64,000 bases of DNA from Polyangiales bacterium (GTDB taxonomy: Bacteria > Myxococcota_A > Polyangia > Polyangiales > Polyangiaceae): NCBI GenBank assembly GCA_038231275.1, contig JBBRLQ010000001.1, positions 96,001 to 160,000 of the forward strand. Direction: 5' to 3'. Within the stretch, counting starts at the first letter, position 1. Each line of letters begins with the position of its first letter. The notes beneath the pieces are model-generated. The model was not told the origin of the DNA and made no database searches. It saw nothing but the letters and a program-made list of their open reading frames with translations. Of this stretch, positions 59,951-64,000 are shown one piece after another. The position numbers were made by a program, and so were the translations under genes.

Positions 59951-62338
59951 GTGGACCGTCTTCTTTTGGTGGCGCTCGCCTTGGCGACGGGCGCGGTCGG
60001 AGTCATCGCACCGTGGCACGTGGCCGGAGGGGTCCTCGTCGTCGCATTGCTAGCGCGCATTACCCGTCGCGTCGAAGTCGGCTGGCTGGTCCTGGCCCTC
60101 GCGCTCGCGCTCTTTGGCGGGTGCCGAGGAGGGTCGGCGATCGCCCGCCACGAGAGCGCGCGTGAGAAGGCGCTCGCCGATCTGCCGCGGCCGGCGCGAT
60201 GCACCGGACTTGGCGTCGTGAGCGGGACCCCAACGCGCGTCCGCGGTGCGATGCGCTTCGAGGCGACGTTCGCGACCCTCGACTGCGACGCGCGCGCGGT
60301 CGCGGGCGGCGCGACGGTGCTTTATGGAGGGCCGCCCGATCTGGCGCGCGGCGACGCGGTCGACGTCGTCGCGCAGCTCGCGAGCCCGGAGCGATTCTGG
60401 AACGACGTAGATCCGCGTCCCGGCGAAGCACGGCGCGCCGTCGTCCGATCAGGCGGCGTCGTCGACGTGCGCATCACGCGCCGCGGCGCCGGTGCGCTCG
60501 CGTGGATCGATCGCGTGCGCGCGCGCGTGCGAGAACGAATCGACGCGACGTTCCCGACGGAGGCGGCCCCCATGGCTCGCGCGCTGGTCCTAGGCGAGTC
60601 CGACCTCGCGCCGGACGACGACGCGGCGTTTCGCGCGAGTGGCCTCTCGCACCTGCTCGCGGTGAGCGGCATGCACCTCGTGCTCGTCGTGGCGGGCGCG
60701 GTCTCGGCCCTTCGCGGCGTACTCGTGCGCGTGGAGCGCCTCGCCGCGGCGTCGGACGTCGGGAGAATCGCCGCGGGGCTCGGACTTCCGCTGGCGTGGG
60801 CGTACGCGCTTTTCGCGGGCGCGAGCGGGTCGACCGTCCGGGCTGCATGCATGGCCTCGGCCGCGCTCGCCGCGCGCGCGCTCGGGAGGGCGAGCACCGG
60901 CCCTCGGGCGCTCGGCGTGAGCGTGCTCGCACTTGCGATCGCCGATCCGCTCGTGGCGTTCGACGTGTCGTTCCTCCTCTCGGCGGCGGCGACGGCCGGA
61001 ATTCTCGCGCTGGCGAGGCCCATCGGCGCATTCATCGCTGCACGTGTGCCGCGCGCCGCCGCGCCGATCGCGAACGCGCTCGGAGTCACGCTTGCCGCGA
61101 CGCTCCCTTGCGCGCCCATCCTCGCGGGCTTCGCGCCGACGCTCGCGATCGGCGGCCTCGTCGCGAATCTGATCGCCGTTCCCGTCGGAGAGGCTGCTGC
61201 GCTCCCGCTGTGTCTCGTCCACACCTTGCTCTCGCCGTTTCCGATGGCCGAGCGGGGGTGCGCGCTCGCAGGAGGAGGAGCGCTCCTGGCTGTGCGGTTC
61301 ATTGCGCGCGCGTTCGCGAGCATTCCCGCCCTCGGCCTTCCCGTCCCGGCGCCGACGGCGGGGCAGCTCACCGTCCTCTCGATCGGCGCAGCGTTCTGGG
61401 CGATGACCGGGCGATTGCGTGGCGCGGCGCTCGCGTTCGGTGGCGCGCTGTTGCTCGTCCTCGAGCTCGAAGCGCGGCGCGCCGGCTGTCCACGCGGTGT
61501 GCTGCGGGCGACGTTCCTCGACGTCGGGCAGGGAGACGCCGCGATCGTGGACTTGCCGAATGGGGGCGCGCTCCTCGTCGATGGGGGCGGCCTCGTCGGA
61601 AGCCCTGTCGACATCGGCGCCCGCGTCATCGCCCCCACGCTCCGCGTGCGCCGGCGCAGCTCGCTGGACGCGGTCATCCTCTCGCACCCGCACCCCGATC
61701 ATTTCGGAGGGCTTCAGACGGGGACCGCCCGCGTCACCGTCGACGCCCTCTGGGACACGGGACAAGGTGAGCACGAAGGGAGCGGGGGCGGCTACGCGGC
61801 GCTCCTCGCCGACGCGCGCGCGCGGGGCGTCGCGATTGCACGGCCACCGGCCCTCTGCGGCGCACACGCGATCTCGGGGGCGATCGTCGAGGTCCTCGCC
61901 CCCTGCCCTGCCCCGTGGCCCGATCGCGGCCCCAACGACAACTCGTTCGTCGTGCGCGTCTCGTTCGGGCGGCGCGCCCTCCTCTTCATGGGCGACGCGG
62001 AGGGAGAAGAGGAGCGCGATCTGCTCCGCGCATCTCCCGAGCGCCTCCGCGCCGACGTCCTCAAGGTGGGCCACCACGGCAGCCGCACGTCGTCGAGCCC
62101 CGCGCTGCTCGCCGCCGTCGGCGCGCGCGACGCCGTCGTCTCGACCGGCGTGCGAAACCGATTCGGCCACCCCCACCAAGCCGCCCTCGCCGCGCTCTCC
62201 GCCGCAAATCTCCGCATTTGGCGCACCGACCTCGGCGGCGCGATCACCGTCGAGACGGACGGCGAGCGCCTGACGGTCTCGCAGCGCGCCGGAAGCTCTT
62301 TACATCGGGGGGACGGTGAAGGCATTTGGTCCCCATGA
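59951..62338 (+). CDS. comEC: DNA uptake competence protein ComEC/Rec2
   Basis: [44 protein letters not shown] and FGHP. Confidence 0.93.
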   Translation: MDRLLLVALALATGAVGVIAPWHVAGGVLVVALLARITRRVEVGWLVLALALALFGGCRGGSAIARHESAREKALADLPRPARCTGLGVVSGTPTRVRGAMRFEATFATLDCDARAVAGGATVLYGGPPDLARGDAVDVVAQLASPERFWNDVDPRPGEARRAVVRSGGVVDVRITRRGAGALAWIDRVRARVRERIDATFPTEAAPMARALVLGESDLAPDDDAAFRASGLSHLLAVSGMHLVLVVAGAVSALRGVLVRVERLAAASDVGRIAAGLGLPLAWAYALFAGASGSTVRAACMASAALAARALGRASTGPRALGVSVLALAIADPLVAFDVSFLLSAAATAGILALARPIGAFIAARVPRAAAPIANALGVTLAATLPCAPILAGFAPTLAIGGLVANLIAVPVGEAAALPLCLVHTLLSPFPMAERGCALAGGGALLAVRFIARAFASIPALGLPVPAPTAGQLTVLSIGAAFWAMTGRLRGAALAFGGALLLVLELEARRAGCPRGVLRATFLDVGQGDAAIVDLPNGGALLVDGGGLVGSPVDIGARVIAPTLRVRRRSSLDAVILSHPHPDHFGGLQTGTARVTVDALWDTGQGEHEGSGGGYAALLADARARGVAIARPPALCGAHAISGAIVEVLAPCPAPWPDRGPNDNSFVVRVSFGRRALLFMGDAEGEEERDLLRASPERLRADVLKVGHHGSRTSSSPALLAAVGARDAVVSTGVRNRFGHPHQAALAALSAANLRIWRTDLGGAITVETDGERLTVSQRAGSSLHRGDGEGIWSP

Positions 62339-62859
62339 GCGAGCGCATCAACGTCATGCTTTCCAAGGAGACCATCGCCGCGCGCGTCCGCGAGCTCGGC
62401 GCCGAGATCACCCGCGAGTACGCGGACCGCGCGCTGGTCCTCGTGTGCGTCCTCAAGGGGAGCTTCGTCTTCGCGTCCGACCTCGCGCGCGCGATCGATC
62501 TGCCCATGCGGATCGATTTCCTCGGCGTTCGGTCGTACGGCGAGGGCACCGAGTCGAGCGGCGTCGTCCAGATCACGCAAGACTTGTCGAAGCCCATCGC
62601 GCTCGAGGACGTGATCATCGTCGAGGACATCGTCGACACCGGTCTGACGATCGCCCACCTCATGGACTTGTTCCGCACCCGGCAGCCCCGCAGCGTCAAG
62701 GTCTGCTCGCTCCTCCACAAGCCCGCACGCTGCAAGGTAGAGGTGAAGATCGACTACCTGGGCTTCACCATCGAAGACAAATTCGTCGTCGGCTACGGCC
62801 TCGACTTCGCGGAGAAGTACCGCAACCTGCCGTACATCGGCGTCGTGGAGCGGTCGTGA
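62335..62859 (+). CDS. hpt: Hypoxanthine phosphoribosyltransferase
   Basis: [31 protein letters not shown] and YRNLPYI. ATGA overlap with comEC. Confidence 0.96.
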   Translation: MSERINVMLSKETIAARVRELGAEITREYADRALVLVCVLKGSFVFASDLARAIDLPMRIDFLGVRSYGEGTESSGVVQITQDLSKPIALEDVIIVEDIVDTGLTIAHLMDLFRTRQPRSVKVCSLLHKPARCKVEVKIDYLGFTIEDKFVVGYGLDFAEKYRNLPYIGVVERS

Positions 62860-63170
62860 GCAAGCGCCTCGCGTTCCTCGAGAAGACGACGGCGGCGGGC
62901 TCCACGGATCCGATGGCCTGGTACGGCCTCGCGATGGAATACCGGACCTTGGGGCGGCACGACGAAGCGCTCCAAACCTTCACGACGCTGCGCACCCAGA
63001 CGCCGGACTACGTCGCGATGTACTTGATGTGCGGCCAGATGCTCGAGGGGCTGGCGCGCGTCGACGAGGCGCGCGAGTGGCTCGAGTCGGGCGTCTCCGC
63101 CGCCAAGAAGAAGGGGGACGGTCACGCGCTGGGTGAGCTCGAGACCGCCTTGGCCGCACTCGACGCGTAA
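62856..63170 (+). CDS. Small TPR protein
   Basis: [12 protein letters not shown]...[14 protein letters not shown]...[13 protein letters not shown] overlap with hpt. Confidence 0.85.
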   Translation: MSKRLAFLEKTTAAGSTDPMAWYGLAMEYRTLGRHDEALQTFTTLRTQTPDYVAMYLMCGQMLEGLARVDEAREWLESGVSAAKKKGDGHALGELETALAALDA

Positions 63171-63204
63171 GCTCCCCACTGCGTGACGCTGCGCTTTGCT
63201 CCAC

Positions 63205-64000
63205 TCAGCCGCGGGGCTTGCGGAGCTCCTCGAGGCGCGCACGAATTCGCGTCTCCTCTCCGCGCGACGATGGCTCGTAGAAGCGCGCGCCGGCGAGATC
63301 GTCGGGCAGATACGTCTCGCCGGGGACGAGGCCCTCCTCGTAGTCGTGGGCGTATTTGTAGTCTTGCCCGTAGCCGTCGTCCTTCATCAGCTTGGTGACA
63401 GCGTTGCGGAGCTTCTTCGGGACCGGCAGCGCGCCACGCTCTTCGATCGCCGCTTTCGCGCGATGCCAGGCGTTCTTCACGGCATTCGATTTCGGCGCGC
63501 ACGCGAGATAGATCGCGGCGTGCGCCAGCGGATACATTCCCTCGGGCAAGCCCATGCGACGAAACGCTGCGTCTGCACTAGTCGCCACCACGAGCGCGCG
63601 CGGGTCCGCGTTGCCTACGTCCTCGCTCGCGAAGATGATCATTCGACGCAGGACGAAGAGCGGATCGTCGCCCGCCTCGAGCATGCGCATCATCCAGTAG
63701 ACGGCGGCGTCGGGATCGGAGCCGCGCATCGATTTGATGAACGCCGAGATCACGTTGTAGTGCTCTTCGCCGGACTTGTCGTAGAGGAGCGGCGTGCGCT
63801 CCTGCGTGGCCGCGACGGAGTCGAGCGTGATCTGCTTCGCGCCGCGGCCGTCGACGTCGTCGGCGATGACCTCCAGCGTGGTCAACGCGCGGCGCGCATC
63901 GCCACCGGCGGCCTGGGCCATCGCGGCGAGGGCGTCGTCGTCCACGGTGAGGCCGCGCGCGCCGAGCCCGCGTTCGACGTCCGAGAGCGCCCGCGAGAGG
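63205..64000 (-). CDS. rarA: Replication-associated recombination protein A (MgsA), 5'-truncated by the window edge
   Basis: GDARRAL, YDKSGEEHYNVISAFIKSMRGSDPDAA, ASEDVGNADP, PKSN and YKYAHD. Confidence 0.95.
   Translation of the reverse strand, partial: LSRALSDVERGLGARGLTVDDDALAAMAQAAGGDARRALTTLEVIADDVDGRGAKQITLDSVAATQERTPLLYDKSGEEHYNVISAFIKSMRGSDPDAAVYWMMRMLEAGDDPLFVLRRMIIFASEDVGNADPRALVVATSADAAFRRMGLPEGMYPLAHAAIYLACAPKSNAVKNAWHRAKAAIEERGALPVPKKLRNAVTKLMKDDGYGQDYKYAHDYEEGLVPGETYLPDDLAGARFYEPSSRGEETRIRARLEELRKPRG

Overview
A GC-rich, densely coding bacterial window. Its gene content (several Hanks-type Ser/Thr kinases, PEGA/TPR proteins, Cys-rich lipoproteins, a J-domain/TPR protein) suggests a myxobacterium, possibly Polyangiaceae-like; this taxonomy is an inference. 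About 55 CDS are supported. Housekeeping genes include grpE-dnaK, uvrD/pcrA, PMM/PGM, prmC, pfp, ligA, comEC, hpt and a partial rarA. Accessory loci include a family 2A encapsulin with its cysteine desulfurase cargo, a Gly-X-X lipoprotein pair, an orphan SUKH-like gene, an ankyrin/CxxCH/prenyltransferase-barrel protein, two TetR-esterase modules, and a kinase-STAND-TPR plus patatin operon facing a J-domain/TPR gene. I saw no rRNA, tRNA, CRISPR array, transposase or integrase. The strongest unexplained signals are: (i) a TAnnnT hexamer 6-10 nt before about 15 start codons, suggesting widespread leaderless transcription; (ii) two highly base-paired intergenic elements (5500-5737, 59776-59946); (iii) the kinase-STAND-patatin/J-domain locus; (iv) an unannotated 58-aa ORF behind a sigma54-type promoter; (v) an HRN pseudokinase. 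Product calls come from motif recognition by eye, with no database search. Many start codons were re-picked relative to the supplied ORF track.
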